Virus record (IMG/VR): IMGVR_UViG_3300042888_001055
From: a virus
Length of the DNA: 64,000 nt
Reading direction: 5' to 3' (one strand)
Shown here: in pieces, positions 1-11,339 of the stretch
Layout of the letters: each line of letters starts with the position of its first letter
Position numbering within the stretch: position 1 is the first letter of the stretch
The notes under the pieces: generated by a model
Database searches by the model: none
The model's input: only the letters and a program-made list of their open reading frames with translations
What the model was told of the DNA's origin: nothing
Translations under genes and position numbers: made by a program

Positions 1-2399
1 GTAGCGGACATTACAGTAGAACTTGTTATTGTAATATCACCACTAGTAGTTGGATTAATATTTAAAGAGCTAAATGTTCTGCCATTACCTGATATTGTTC
101 CACCTGAGTCTACTATATTAAAACTCATAGCACTATGTGTAGCACTAGTACCTAGATTTAATGACCTAATATTTAAGTTTGTGCCTGTAATAGTAGCAGT
201 AGATCCAGTAGTATCAATTGTATTAAACCAACTACCTGCTGAAATATCAGGTGAACTTGAACTACCAGTTAACACTAGTTTTGGGGCATTAGCGATTGAG
301 GCACCTCCACCATTACCAAAAGTTATAACTCTAACTCGGTCAGTTTGTACAGTAAATCCACCGGTACCAGTATATGTAAAGTTAGTAATATTAGACATAT
401 CTAGTACCGTTAGTCCAGAAGTCAGTGGATAGGTTAAATTAACAGTTCCAGTACCAAATAATATAGATCGGGTATTTGTATTATTAGACGAAAAAGATGG
501 TGTAGATAGTGTAATATCAGTTATATCTAATACACCTGTATTAAATAAATATTTACCATTTGAACTACCACTTAGCATAGTATATGATTTTCTTAAAATC
601 ATAGTACCTGCATTTTGTGTGATCAATGGAACCGAACCTAAAGTGCCGCCGGCTCCGGCAGCTAAAGTAAAAGATCCGGAATTGAGTGTGAAAGTACCAG
701 AGGTAGAATTAAAAGTTATACTGCCGTTATCCAATACATAATTTGGACCAGTATGTACATAATTGTAACAAGCGATGGTGCCGCTATTTAAAGTTAATGT
801 ACCACCGGTATACGTAAACGTACCTGTTGGTAATGAGCATGTTAAAGTAAACCCTGCTAAATCTAATGTGTTGGCTGCATGAGTATATAATGTAACTGCT
901 AATGCGCTAGTTAACGTTACTGTGCCGCCACTTGGTGCAGTAAAAGTATATAATTGTTTACCACTACCACTGACAGTACTAGTAGCACCGTAAAAATCTA
1001 TTTGCAATCCTGTATAAGCTGTAGTAGCGCCAGCTGTACTAGATAAAATTACTGAATTTGCATATACTGATGATACTGAAGGGGCTGTAGCACCTACTGG
1101 TATAGTATTTTCTGAGCAATTTAATGTTTTAAACCAGCTACCACCTGACAATGATATCCTTCTAGATGCTGAACCTGAACCTGTTATAAACATATTAATT
1201 GCGTTATCAGCAGAGCCACCTGCACTATTACCATAACTAACAGTCTGACTGGCAGATGCATTGGGACAAATTCCACCTGTACCACTCCAAGTAAAATTTC
1301 TAACATCCGACATATTAAATCCGCCGGATGTTGAAACAATGTTAGTAGTTCCAAAATTTATACTGCGAACCAATGTACTAGAGGAATTGAACGTACCAGT
1401 GGTAAGAGTATATCCATTAAGTACTATTATAGAAGGGTTAGAAGTACCAAATGTAGTAGTACCACTAACAATTATATTACTAACAAGAGTACTAGTTCCA
1501 TTGGATTGTATATCTAAAGTATTGATAGTTCTAGTACCCATATTTAAAGTACCGGTACCTCTTACATTAACAGTAAGTGGATATGTACTTGTACTGCTAC
1601 CTAATATTATACTGTTAACATTATATGTTGCAGATGCGGGTGTAGATGAAGTACCTCCTAAATCTAGCATATTAAACCAACTACCACTACTAATACCATA
1701 TACACTACTACCACTAGTTAAATATAAATTAGGAGCATTGGCTGAACTCATTCCGCCACCATTACCAAAACTAAATAGTCTAGTACGTGACATTACTGAA
1801 CGGAATCCACCGGTACCTGTCCATGAAAAATTAGTCCCGTTTCCCATTTCAATATTAGTATTACTATTCGATGAAAATGCTACATCAATATACCCTGAAC
1901 CAAATAATATCGCACGTGTATTTGAATTACTAGAATTAAATTTACCAGTTGATATTGTGAAACTAGCTAAATCTAATGTACCACTAGTGAATTCTATAGT
2001 ACCTGCTACTTTAACATTCAATGCGCTTCCTAATGTCCAAGTACCTACGCCAGTAAATGTTAATGTATCGCAGTTCAATGTAATACCATTAGTAGTTACT
2101 GTATTAGTAGTACTTGAATTAAATGTCAGTGTACCTGTACCACTCCAAGTAGTACTACTTAATGACATACTGCCATATACTGTAAGTGCACCTGTTCCTG
2201 AAAACGTAGTGCTACTAGTTACAGTCATGTTCCTACAAACACCACCAGATAAAGTTACTGTACCACCAGATGGGAAAAATACATCATCAGCACTTGTAGG
2301 GGCACTGGCACCACCCGCACCACCTGAAGTAGCACTCCAACGTGTAGTGGTACTTGTATTCCAAGTTCCACTGCCGCCTATCCAATATCTGTCTGCCAT
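1..2399 (-). CDS. Large Thr/Gly/Ser-rich putative beta-helix adhesin or fibre tip protein, 3' end outside the window
   Basis: Not in the ORF track because it has no stop in the window. ATG at 2399 reads MADRYWIGGSGTWNTSTTTRWSATSGGAGGASAPTSADDVFFP, and the same frame is still open at the window edge (INPTTSGDITITSSTVMSA). I checked both ends by hand, not every codon. Confidence 0.8.
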   Translation of the reverse strand, partial: MADRYWIGGSGTWNTSTTTRWSATSGGAGGASAPTSADDVFFPSGGTVTLSGGVCRNMTVTSSTTFSGTGALTVYGSMSLSSTTWSGTGTLTFNSSTTNTVTTNGITLNCDTLTFTGVGTWTLGSALNVKVAGTIEFTSGTLDLASFTISTGKFNSSNSNTRAILFGSGYIDVAFSSNSNTNIEMGNGTNFSWTGTGGFRSVMSRTRLFSFGNGGGMSSANAPNLYLTSGSSVYGISSGSWFNMLDLGGTSSTPASATYNVNSIILGSSTSTYPLTVNVRGTGTLNMGTRTINTLDIQSNGTSTLVSNIIVSGTTTFGTSNPSIIVLNGYTLTTGTFNSSSTLVRSINFGTTNIVSTSGGFNMSDVRNFTWSGTGGICPNASASQTVSYGNSAGGSADNAINMFITGSGSASRRISLSGGSWFKTLNCSENTIPVGATAPSVSSVYANSVILSSTAGATTAYTGLQIDFYGATSTVSGSGKQLYTFTAPSGGTVTLTSALAVTLYTHAANTLDLAGFTLTCSLPTGTFTYTGGTLTLNSGTIACYNYVHTGPNYVLDNGSITFNSTSGTFTLNSGSFTLAAGAGGTLGSVPLITQNAGTMILRKSYTMLSGSSNGKYLFNTGVLDITDITLSTPSFSSNNTNTRSILFGTGTVNLTYPLTSGLTVLDMSNITNFTYTGTGGFTVQTDRVRVITFGNGGGASIANAPKLVLTGSSSSPDISAGSWFNTIDTTGSTATITGTNLNIRSLNLGTSATHSAMSFNIVDSGGTISGNGRTFSSLNINPTTSGDITITSSTVMSA

Positions 2400-2416
2400 A
2401 TTTTATTCTTTAATTA

Positions 2417-2623
2417 TTAAGGATTTTCGTCTGTAGGCACAGCATTAATCATATCATGCCAAGCAGTATATCTCTCTAGTTTAATTGCTTCAATTGTTTC
2501 AATTGATGTATTAGCATACTCTTCCTGAGTCATCCATATAGCATCTCTGTAAATTTGAGTACCTTCACCTTTTGTGAAGATTACTTGTACTTGTCCATTA
2601 ATTTGATTTATAGTATCTTCCAT
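2417..2623 (-). CDS. Small hypothetical protein, possible fibre adaptor or chaperone
   Basis: 68 aa ORF with AAGGA Shine-Dalgarno, packed between a stalk gene and a tip gene. Confidence 0.7.
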   Translation of the reverse strand: MEDTINQINGQVQVIFTKGEGTQIYRDAIWMTQEEYANTSIETIEAIKLERYTAWHDMINAVPTDENP

Positions 2624-2637
2624 GTATTATTCCTTAA

Positions 2638-5600
2638 TTAAAATCCAAAGTTCTTAGAAATTACATTCCATTTTGATTGCGTTGAATTATAAATAAATCC
2701 CACGTAATCATATTTACTACTTCCAGATGATGTTGAAGGTAAATTCAAATCCGTTGATCCGTTAAATACTGCATTCCAACTAAATGTTTGTACATTAGTA
2801 GATTGTAATCTAAACATAAGTTTTTGTCCTTGATATGGTGTGCCTGATGGTGCTGCAATAGTTAATGTACCGGCCGTTTGTGTATTAGTTTGAATAGCTA
2901 GATCAGTAATATCCGCATTGATAGTAACTGTCGTACCGTCTGCAATAGTGTCAATTCTAGGTTTTATAGCAGCTGAAACTCCACTACTGCTTACAGTAAC
3001 AACGTTTGCAACACCAGCAACACCCATTGTAATATTACCATCAACTGTGGCAATATTAACATTACTTGTACCATTACTAATAGATGCACCACCACCACCG
3101 CCACCACCTGATGCAATCCAACTTAATCCACCTGCGCCATTTGTGCTTAATACATAACCATTAGTACCGCCGGTGATAACAACATTTCCTACAGCACCTA
3201 AATTACTTTGCCCAGTTACATTTAATGTACCTGTAATATTTGCACCAGTAGTTGTTACAACTAATACATTTGCGGTTCCGCCTACACTTGTAGTTACGTT
3301 ACCGCCTGATGTAGCTATATCGACAATGCTGGTACCATTACTAATAGATGCACCACCACCACCGCCACCACCTGATGCAATCCAACTTAATCCACCTGCG
3401 CCATTTGTGCTTAATACATAACCATTAGTACCGCCGGTAATTATTACATTAGCATTAGAACCTAAATTAGCAGTACTAGTAACAACAAAGTTATTAGCTG
3501 TTAATGTTGTTGTTGTTTTATTAAAAGTAAGACCGGCATTTCCGCCAAAAGCACTAGAATCATTAAATTGTACTTGAGTATCAGTTCCACCGGGTGATCC
3601 TCCACCTCCTGATTGTGCTACCCAACTTAATGTACTAGATCCATCTGTACTTAGTACATAGCCATTAGTACCACCTGATATATGTAAATTAGCTACTGCA
3701 CCCAATGTTACATTAGCTGTAGTTGTAAAATCAACTACACCAGTTACATTGCTTACTGTTAATCCAGTCAATGATCCAACACTTGTAATGTTACCTTGTG
3801 CATTTCCTGTTACAAAACCAGAAAAGTTGGCATTAGCTACATTACCTGTAACATTACCACCTGCTACACTATTAGCAGTTCCAACTGTTATGTTCGCAAC
3901 ATTTGCGTCGGTTACAACAATGTTACCATTCATGCCTCCATGAATAGAACATTGATATTTGTAATTACCTACTATGCCATATGGAACCTTCCAGTACAAT
4001 GTTCCTGCTATTTGTCCTTGGGCTGATGTAGTAGTTAATACCGTTCCTGCAGTATCAACATATTCTAAACCAGTACTATAATTTGCGCCACCACTTGTTT
4101 GAATTAAGAACGGATGACCCGATACATTCAAATTAAATGCTAATGTTTGACCACTAGTAATGTATATTGCAGGATTGAGTGTAGCGCCATATTGGTCAAA
4201 TAGATATCCACTTGCTCCACTAGCAGTGACATTTAGTCGTGTTGTTGCTTGTAGATATAATTCGTCTGTAGTCAATCCGGCGGTACTAAAAGTTGTAATG
4301 TTACCAAAAGTTAATGCACTTAATTGACTGCCGTTACCAGTAAAGAAGTTAGCTGTTACTAGATTGCCTAAGTTAGCATTACCGCTTGTAGTATTACCAG
4401 TTACATCTAAACTAGTTAATGAACCAACTGAAGTTATGTTTGGTTGAGCATTTGTATATACAGTACCAGAAATTAATGCGTTAGCTACTTGACCAGTGAT
4501 GTTACTAGCTGTTATATTACTTAAGTTATTACCAGCTCCACTAAAGAAATTAGCTATTGCTAGATTACCTAAATTAGCATTACCAGCAGATATATTACCA
4601 GTAGCAATAAATGTATTAGCACTGATAACATTTGCGTTAGTGATGTTACCACCTGAACCATTACCGGCAATGATATTACCTGCACTTAGATTACCGGTTA
4701 TGTTTGCTGTGCCTGATATGTTTGCACCAGTTCCAGTAACTATCATAGTTGTATTACCAACAGCAGTTAAATTGATATTTCCATTTGCAGCCGGTATGTT
4801 TACATTACTATTGCCGTTACTAATACTTGCTCCACCACCTCCACCGCCTGATTGAGCTACCCAACTTAATGTGCCTGCACCATCTGTACTTAGTACGTAT
4901 GCGTTTGTACCGCCACTGATATGTAAGTTACCAACAGCACCCAATGTTACGTTTGCTGTGGTTGTAAAATCAACTACACCAGTTACATTGCTTACTGTTA
5001 ACCCAGTTAATGAGCCAACACTTGTAATGTTTGGTTGAGCATTTGTATATACAGTACTTGATATTAGTGCATTGGGTACTTGTCCTGATACATTACCACC
5101 TTGTATATTGCTTAAATTATTACCACTACCAGTAAAGAAGTTAGCTGTTACTGTATTACCTAATTGTGCGTTACCAGAACGAATGTTAGCTAAGGTATCA
5201 TAAGTTACTACTTCTGATGATATACTTACATTAGACCCAAATGCTATTTCTGCATTACTTATATCCCAACCCATCCATGCAATCTTTGCGCTTGTATCAT
5301 AGTAGTTTAATGCAGTACCAACATCTTTGCCACTATTAGCTACTGGGGCAGCTCCATTTGGTCCTGTTTGTAAATTAATGATTGGATCACTGATAGATAA
5401 TGTAGTTGAATTTATGTACGTTAGTGTACCATTAACAGTTAAATTACCACCAAATACACCGTTTCCTGATACTGATATATCTGTTAATGTCCCTACACTT
5501 GTTATGTTTGGTTGAGCATTTGTATATATTGTGCCTGACACTAATGCGTTAGCTACTTGACCAGAGATATTAGCAGCCTGAATATTACTTAGATTATTAC

Positions 5601-6318
5601 CGCTACCTGCAAAATAATTAGCTGTAGCTAGATTACCTAAATTAGCATTACTGGCTGTGATATTACCGCTAGCAATAAATGTATTAGCACTGATAACATT
5701 TGCATTAGTGATGTTGCCACCAGAGCCATTACCGGCAATAATATTTCCTGCAGTTAAATTACCTGTTACATTAGCTGTACCTGATATGTTAGCACCAGTT
5801 CCAGTGATAACAACTACGTTGGCATTACCAATAGCACTAAAGTTTATATTGCCATTTGCAGACGGAATATTTACATTACTATTGCCGTTACTAATACTTG
5901 CTCCGCCACCTCCACCGCCTGATTGAGCTACCCAAGATAGAGTACCTGCACCATCTGTACTTAGTACGTATGCGTTTGTACCACCACTAATATGTAGATT
6001 ACCTACTGCTCCCAATGTAACATTAGCAGTAGTTGTAAAATCAACTACACCAGTTGCGTTACTTACTGTTAATCCTGTTAATGATCCAGTTGAAGTGATA
6101 TTTGGTTGAGCATTTGTATATACAGTACCAGCAACTGTTGCATTAGATACTTGACCAGTAACATTACCACCTGTTATATTGCTTAAGTTATTACCGGCTC
6201 CACTAAAGAAATTAGCTATTGCTAGATTACCTAGATTAGCGTTATCTGTGGCAATATTGGCAAAGGTATAGTTAGCAGTGGTGTCTAGGTTAAACGGTTG
6301 TAACTTTGTAATTGCCAT
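2638..6318 (-). CDS. Long fibre stalk protein (1226 aa) with one cupredoxin-like domain
   Basis: Repeated NAQPNITSVG, GGTNxYVLSTDGxGxLSW and ISNGNSNVNIP modules; GHPF...YQCSIHGGM motif. Confidence 0.8.
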   Translation of the reverse strand: MAITKLQPFNLDTTANYTFANIATDNANLGNLAIANFFSGAGNNLSNITGGNVTGQVSNATVAGTVYTNAQPNITSTGSLTGLTVSNATGVVDFTTTANVTLGAVGNLHISGGTNAYVLSTDGAGTLSWVAQSGGGGGGASISNGNSNVNIPSANGNINFSAIGNANVVVITGTGANISGTANVTGNLTAGNIIAGNGSGGNITNANVISANTFIASGNITASNANLGNLATANYFAGSGNNLSNIQAANISGQVANALVSGTIYTNAQPNITSVGTLTDISVSGNGVFGGNLTVNGTLTYINSTTLSISDPIINLQTGPNGAAPVANSGKDVGTALNYYDTSAKIAWMGWDISNAEIAFGSNVSISSEVVTYDTLANIRSGNAQLGNTVTANFFTGSGNNLSNIQGGNVSGQVPNALISSTVYTNAQPNITSVGSLTGLTVSNVTGVVDFTTTANVTLGAVGNLHISGGTNAYVLSTDGAGTLSWVAQSGGGGGGASISNGNSNVNIPAANGNINLTAVGNTTMIVTGTGANISGTANITGNLSAGNIIAGNGSGGNITNANVISANTFIATGNISAGNANLGNLAIANFFSGAGNNLSNITASNITGQVANALISGTVYTNAQPNITSVGSLTSLDVTGNTTSGNANLGNLVTANFFTGNGSQLSALTFGNITTFSTAGLTTDELYLQATTRLNVTASGASGYLFDQYGATLNPAIYITSGQTLAFNLNVSGHPFLIQTSGGANYSTGLEYVDTAGTVLTTTSAQGQIAGTLYWKVPYGIVGNYKYQCSIHGGMNGNIVVTDANVANITVGTANSVAGGNVTGNVANANFSGFVTGNAQGNITSVGSLTGLTVSNVTGVVDFTTTANVTLGAVANLHISGGTNGYVLSTDGSSTLSWVAQSGGGGSPGGTDTQVQFNDSSAFGGNAGLTFNKTTTTLTANNFVVTSTANLGSNANVIITGGTNGYVLSTNGAGGLSWIASGGGGGGGASISNGTSIVDIATSGGNVTTSVGGTANVLVVTTTGANITGTLNVTGQSNLGAVGNVVITGGTNGYVLSTNGAGGLSWIASGGGGGGGASISNGTSNVNIATVDGNITMGVAGVANVVTVSSSGVSAAIKPRIDTIADGTTVTINADITDLAIQTNTQTAGTLTIAAPSGTPYQGQKLMFRLQSTNVQTFSWNAVFNGSTDLNLPSTSSGSSKYDYVGFIYNSTQSKWNVISKNFGF
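3068..3438. repeat. Perfect 107-bp direct repeat (3068-3174 and 3332-3438)
   Basis: Base-for-base identity read from the sequence. Confidence 0.9.
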
Positions 6319-6351
6319 GTAGTAAATCTCTTATATGTTAGTCTATCTATG

Positions 6352-6358
6352 TATTTAA
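6352..6358 (-). promoter_or_regulatory. Putative T4-type late promoter (TTAAATA)
   Basis: TAAATA core in the intergenic gap upstream of 6318. Confidence 0.55.
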
Positions 6359-6382
6359 TCCAATTTGACTACTAACATGTTA

Positions 6383-6739
6383 CTAAGGTGTGATAATTTC
6401 AACCCAAGATGTTGTATCTTCATCCCAACTGTACATTTTACCGTCATCTGGCATTGGTGTAGGGGCTTCGTATAAGCATGTATCTTCATTTAATACCCAA
6501 CTGTTAAATGGTTGTGGTGGTATAAATGCATCTCTAGTACTATCATATGTGTAACCTATACCAGCATAATTTTTACGTAATGGTGTGCCACCTTGTGTAT
6601 GTACACCACCAGATGTATTATAGCTTGTTTGAATCCAGCTGTTTGGATCTCCAAATAGACCAGTATCTACTACATCCTGTTCTATTACGATTACTTGTGT
6701 TACGATGTTATTTTCATCTATTTGTGCGAAGTGACTCAT
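6383..6739 (-). CDS. Small fibre-associated protein, possible tail fibre assembly factor
   Basis: Likely start MSHFAQIDENN at 6739 behind AAGGA. The ORF-track start at 6847 overlaps the upstream gene. Motifs WIQTSYN, RKNYAGIGYTYD and FIPPQPFNSW. Confidence 0.75.
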   Translation of the reverse strand: MSHFAQIDENNIVTQVIVIEQDVVDTGLFGDPNSWIQTSYNTSGGVHTQGGTPLRKNYAGIGYTYDSTRDAFIPPQPFNSWVLNEDTCLYEAPTPMPDDGKMYSWDEDTTSWVEIITP

Positions 6740-6767
6740 TTTTATTTCCTTTAAGTTATTTATTTGT

Positions 6768-9503
6768 TTAATTGATTGGGAACGCAGTTGTTGGTGGAGT
6801 AAAGTTAGCAGTATAACGTGCATAACCTTTTGTAATGCGGAAATCATTAATATATCCTGTCATCGCATAACTTGTACCCGGAGTTGAATAGAACAAAGCA
6901 AGATATGCAAGTGCAGTTGTTACATTTTGTGAATCGGCTATTGAACTACCCGAAGTTGGCAAGATTCCATTTACATATACCTTGACAGTACCGGCTGATC
7001 TAACCAATGCTAAATATGTCCATGTGTTGGCAGTTATAGTAGATGAAGTGTTTGTAAAAGTATTACCAGCGTAATATTGAATTACCCCTGCTGAGGTTAC
7101 ACCAATTGCATAACCCGCATTAGTTCCCGCTATAGCAGTCGCATTGATATGAAAGAAACCTTGTGCGTAAGTTGGGCTTGTTGCGTAGAACCATCCTTCA
7201 ATTGTAAAATCTCCAGTTCCCATTCCTAAACTAGTAGAGATGGGTGTTACCAACCAATCACCAGTACCATCAAAGTACATACTGCTTCCACCAAATTGAC
7301 TTTGTGTAGTAGAAATCTGTGCATTACCAACTGTTTCTAAATTGTTCATCATTGCATTGTCAATGATACCAGCATTTGTCATATTAAGCAATAATGCGGT
7401 ATTTGTTACTGCTGTTACTGGCTGTGATGGTGGTACAAAGTTACTGGTGTAGACTGCTGTACCTCTAACAAAACGATAGTTAGAAATATTACCAAACCAA
7501 TCAGGACTAGTACCGTCTTGAGTTCTACCTATCTCAAACATATTAAATGTAGTAAAAGGTATACTTGAGGCAGCAGATGACGAATTTACTGTAATGTCTA
7601 TCACACCATTTACATATACATAAAATACCCCTGCATTTCTAACCAAAGCAACATGCGTCCATGCATTGGGGGTTATAGTAGCCGCACCTTCAGAACCACT
7701 GCCTCCAAGCTCTGCACTGCCATTAGCTAGTAGGTACAAATTTATTCTGTTTGCCCCATTTGATAACCTAAACATTAATCTATTAGAACCATATCCCGCT
7801 GAAGGATAGTAAATACAAATTCCTCTACCGTATTGACTACCAGCATAACCATTATTATATACCCAGCATTCTATAGTAAAGTCTGCCGCATTTGTTGCTA
7901 GTGCTAATGCAGAATTTGCGGCAGTAACTAAATAATCCCCTACTCCATCAAAATACCCTGACCCACCAATTGTATTTGATGTGTAACCATTAGTTGTTGC
8001 AGTAGTAAAACCGAATGGGTTTTGTTGTGTTGGGCGACTATTGCCAACAGCAGTAATTGCAAAGTTGTTTGTGCTATTGTCAATGAATGTGGGTGATTGG
8101 CAGGTCAACAATGATGTGTTTGTGATTGCAGTAAGTGGTGATGTGGGGACAGTAATTGTTGTTGAGGTTGGGTCGTAAACATTAGAGCCAACAACCAATC
8201 TTGCGTTGGAAATATATCCAATCCAATTTCTTGAAACTATTCCACCTGTGTATCCTATAGCGGCAGAAGTTGTATAACTATATGTATCTGATACTGTTCC
8301 TGTACTTGATCTAACACCATTGAAAAATACTGTTGCTACGTTGCTTGAATTTCTTACAAAAGCAACATGGTTCCAAGTATTTGCGGATATTGTTGAAACA
8401 GTATAATTATCAGCCGCTACGCCATATCTGTCAAAAGAAAAAGTTGTAGAGTTATTAAGGTTACAATTTAATCCACCAGCAATAGCACTACCCGGCCCAA
8501 TGAAAGACGATATTCCGCTAAAAGAACCTGTGTAATAAAACCAACATTCAAACGTCATTGCTCCTGTACCTACTGTAGTACCGGACCAAGTCAAATAATC
8601 TCCCGTACCATCAAAATAACCACTATAACTAGTTGGAGTTATTGATGATGGACTGAATGGACTAAATCTTTGTACACTTACATCACCAAACTTGGTAACA
8701 GTAAAGTTGTTTATACTATCATCAATTAATCTATTGTCAGCGCAGGTTAATAAACTTGTGTTAGTAATAGGTGTTAATGGTGTTGTCGGTGGAGTAAATG
8801 CCGATGTATATACTGCAGTACCTTTTATATATCTTAGATTAGAAATATATCCATAGAAAAAATTGGTGCCTGTATGTGTATATCTACCTATTGTAGGTAT
8901 CAATGTTGTGTCATTAAAATTAGTGGTGTTGGCTGTCGCGGTTCCGGCAATACCATTAAGATATACTGTCACCGATCCACTGATTCTAACGACTGCAAAA
9001 TGATTCCATGTACCAACTGTCCAATTATTGGCTCCACTAGAGATAACAGAACCCCCTCCGCTGGATGTACCAACAAAATTAATAGCGCCGTTGGATACAA
9101 AAATTACAAAGTAGTTAGTGCCGGACACTGCTTGACCATAAACTATACCACCGGCTGCAGACATCAAATCAGTAGCGTTAAACCAACCTTCAACCGTAAA
9201 GTCACCAGTACCCGGTGCAAAAGCAGAGCTAGCAGGAACAGTTAAATAATCACTACCATCAAAGTAGTTACTCCAGTTACCACCATAAGGACTAAACGTA
9301 CCTTGCGTAGTATTACCATTACGAGTGATAGCAAAGTTATTTGTACTACCATCTGTAAATGTATTATTTTGTGCACCGTTAGTTCCATTGCCTGGTAACA
9401 ATAATGTATTGTACATGAAGTATGGATCATTTGCGGCTGCCGTGCTAGCGCCTACAATTGTTATTCCACCACCTGATATTGTTAATCCTGTTAATATTGC
9501 CAT
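6768..9503 (-). CDS. LamG / concanavalin-A-like lectin repeat protein (4 domains), putative receptor-binding tip
   Basis: Four units of YFDGxxDYL...FTxExW...W(N/T)H(V/F)AxVR...YxNG...YISNxR. Confidence 0.85.
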   Translation of the reverse strand: MAILTGLTISGGGITIVGASTAAANDPYFMYNTLLLPGNGTNGAQNNTFTDGSTNNFAITRNGNTTQGTFSPYGGNWSNYFDGSDYLTVPASSAFAPGTGDFTVEGWFNATDLMSAAGGIVYGQAVSGTNYFVIFVSNGAINFVGTSSGGGSVISSGANNWTVGTWNHFAVVRISGSVTVYLNGIAGTATANTTNFNDTTLIPTIGRYTHTGTNFFYGYISNLRYIKGTAVYTSAFTPPTTPLTPITNTSLLTCADNRLIDDSINNFTVTKFGDVSVQRFSPFSPSSITPTSYSGYFDGTGDYLTWSGTTVGTGAMTFECWFYYTGSFSGISSFIGPGSAIAGGLNCNLNNSTTFSFDRYGVAADNYTVSTISANTWNHVAFVRNSSNVATVFFNGVRSSTGTVSDTYSYTTSAAIGYTGGIVSRNWIGYISNARLVVGSNVYDPTSTTITVPTSPLTAITNTSLLTCQSPTFIDNSTNNFAITAVGNSRPTQQNPFGFTTATTNGYTSNTIGGSGYFDGVGDYLVTAANSALALATNAADFTIECWVYNNGYAGSQYGRGICIYYPSAGYGSNRLMFRLSNGANRINLYLLANGSAELGGSGSEGAATITPNAWTHVALVRNAGVFYVYVNGVIDITVNSSSAASSIPFTTFNMFEIGRTQDGTSPDWFGNISNYRFVRGTAVYTSNFVPPSQPVTAVTNTALLLNMTNAGIIDNAMMNNLETVGNAQISTTQSQFGGSSMYFDGTGDWLVTPISTSLGMGTGDFTIEGWFYATSPTYAQGFFHINATAIAGTNAGYAIGVTSAGVIQYYAGNTFTNTSSTITANTWTYLALVRSAGTVKVYVNGILPTSGSSIADSQNVTTALAYLALFYSTPGTSYAMTGYINDFRITKGYARYTANFTPPTTAFPIN

Positions 9504-9511
9504 AATTTACC

Positions 9512-10441
9512 TTAAAACGTTATTGAACCTGAACTGGTCCATTGATATACTCTATATCCACCTGCAGTGGTTATTGTTGGACTACCTGTTGTACTTGCAG
9601 CGGCAGCATATGTGTCAGCATAGCGAATGATTACGATACCAGAACCTCCGTTACCAGCTAAGCCCGTACCATGTGAACCACCTCCACCTCCACCGGTATT
9701 TACTGTGCCTGAGGCAGCAAAGCGATTAACGCCATTAGCAGAACTACTACCGGCACCACCTCCACCATTGCCACCGTCACCACCTGTTTGCCCAGCTAAA
9801 GCGAGGCTATTTCCACCTCCACCTCCACCACCGGAGTAATAAGTTGATGTCCCGGTAATACTAGACGCAGATCCAATACCTCCTGCGCCGCCGCCTCCTG
9901 TACCTAGATTCATAGAATTTTGACCAACCGCGCCAGCACCACCACCACCACCGCCGGCATACCCAACACCACTTTGAGCTGTACCTATTCCGCCATTGTT
10001 TCCTTGTCCTACTGTACCATTTCCACCAGAACCATTTTCTCCACTATTACCACCAGCGGCTCCGCCACCACCAGAACCACCTGAATTTCCAGTGCTAGCT
10101 CCAGAGGCTGCACCGGATCCACCACCTCCACCTACTGTGTTGGTTACTCCTGTTAGAGATGATAATGTTCCGTTACTCCCGAGTGTAGATGTTGAACCAC
10201 TTGCGCCGGCACCTCCTGAACCTACTGTTACCGTATAAGGGGTGCCGGATGATATACTAGATAATGTTCCTGTAAGATATCCCCCAGCACCACCGCCACC
10301 CCCGCCGCCGTTAGGATTATTACCTCCACCACCGGCGCCGGCAACTACTAGATATTCTACTGACGGAGTAACTGCTGGACCATCACTACCTGCGATAGAC
10401 CATCCTCCCGTTATTGTTACGCCTGAAAAAGTTAATGCCAT
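9512..10441 (-). CDS. Glycine-rich putative adhesin
   Basis: Start MALTFSG at 10441 behind AGGA; VEYLVVAGAGGGG, poly-Gly runs, GGSGIVIIRY. Confidence 0.8.
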   Translation of the reverse strand: MALTFSGVTITGGWSIAGSDGPAVTPSVEYLVVAGAGGGGNNPNGGGGGGGAGGYLTGTLSSISSGTPYTVTVGSGGAGASGSTSTLGSNGTLSSLTGVTNTVGGGGGSGAASGASTGNSGGSGGGGAAGGNSGENGSGGNGTVGQGNNGGIGTAQSGVGYAGGGGGGAGAVGQNSMNLGTGGGGAGGIGSASSITGTSTYYSGGGGGGGNSLALAGQTGGDGGNGGGGAGSSSANGVNRFAASGTVNTGGGGGGSHGTGLAGNGGSGIVIIRYADTYAAAASTTGSPTITTAGGYRVYQWTSSGSITF

Positions 10442-10460
10442 TGTGTGTTTTATCCTATAC

Positions 10461-11339
10461 TTAGAATGTGATTGACCCTGAACTGGTCCATACGTAAACT
10501 CTATATCCACCTGCAACTGTTATTGTCGGAGATCCAGTAGTAGCTGTTGCAGCCACATATGCATCTGAATAGCGAATGATTACAATGCCGGAACCTCCGG
10601 TACCCCCAATAGCAGCCGGGTATCCAGAGCCACCACCACCGCCACCGGTATTTACTGTGCCAAAAGATGCGTTACCTGACAAAGCACCGTTGCCGCCTCC
10701 ACCACTACCACCATTACCAGCGGTTCCGCCATTTGACCCTGCGCCACCGCCACCTGCATATTGAGTAGCAGTTCCTGATATACTAGATGCGGTACCTGCG
10801 CCGCCGACACCACCTTGTCCCAAAACAGCAGTACCGCCTGAATTAGTTGAGCCACCTCCACCACCGGCTGCACTACTACTACCACTACCTCCTGATTGTC
10901 CCTCTGGAGGTGAATAAGAGCCAGAGTTACCTGATCCAGGTGAAGAACTATTTCTACCTGTTCCTCCACCTGAGCCACCACTTACACCTGCTTCCCCTAA
11001 ATCGTATCCACCTCGGCCACCACCGGTTGCTGTTATTGCGCCAAAAACACTATTAGATCCATTAACTCCAGGACTTGTTTGATTTCCCCCGCCCCCACCT
11101 GCGCCGACGGTGACTGTAATTGGTGTGCCAATTGTAATAGCAAGCCCTGTATTAGTTCTATATCCACCGGCTCCACCTCCACCACCAATTTGTCCACCAC
11201 CGCCACCGCCGCCAGCAACGACCAAATATTCAACCGAGGAAAGCGCCAGTAATGGCCAGTTTGATCCCATTAAATTATTACGTACATCCGTTAGTGACCA
11301 CAGACCACTAGCACCAACCGGAGATGGAAATTGAGCCAT
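10461..11339 (-). CDS. Glycine-rich putative adhesin, paralog of 9512-10441
   Basis: Same VEYLVVAGGGGGG core and near-identical C-terminus YRVYxWTSSGSITF. Confidence 0.8.
   Translation of the reverse strand: MAQFPSPVGASGLWSLTDVRNNLMGSNWPLLALSSVEYLVVAGGGGGGGQIGGGGGAGGYRTNTGLAITIGTPITVTVGAGGGGGNQTSPGVNGSNSVFGAITATGGGRGGYDLGEAGVSGGSGGGTGRNSSSPGSGNSGSYSPPEGQSGGSGSSSAAGGGGGSTNSGGTAVLGQGGVGGAGTASSISGTATQYAGGGGAGSNGGTAGNGGSGGGGNGALSGNASFGTVNTGGGGGGSGYPAAIGGTGGSGIVIIRYSDAYVAATATTGSPTITVAGGYRVYVWTSSGSITF

Noticed and set aside
6740-10516. Longer ORF-track starts at 6847 and 10516 (also 52886 and 55951)
   Set aside because: The first two overlap upstream genes. In all four, a downstream ATG has a better SD or promoter context or matches paralog N-termini.
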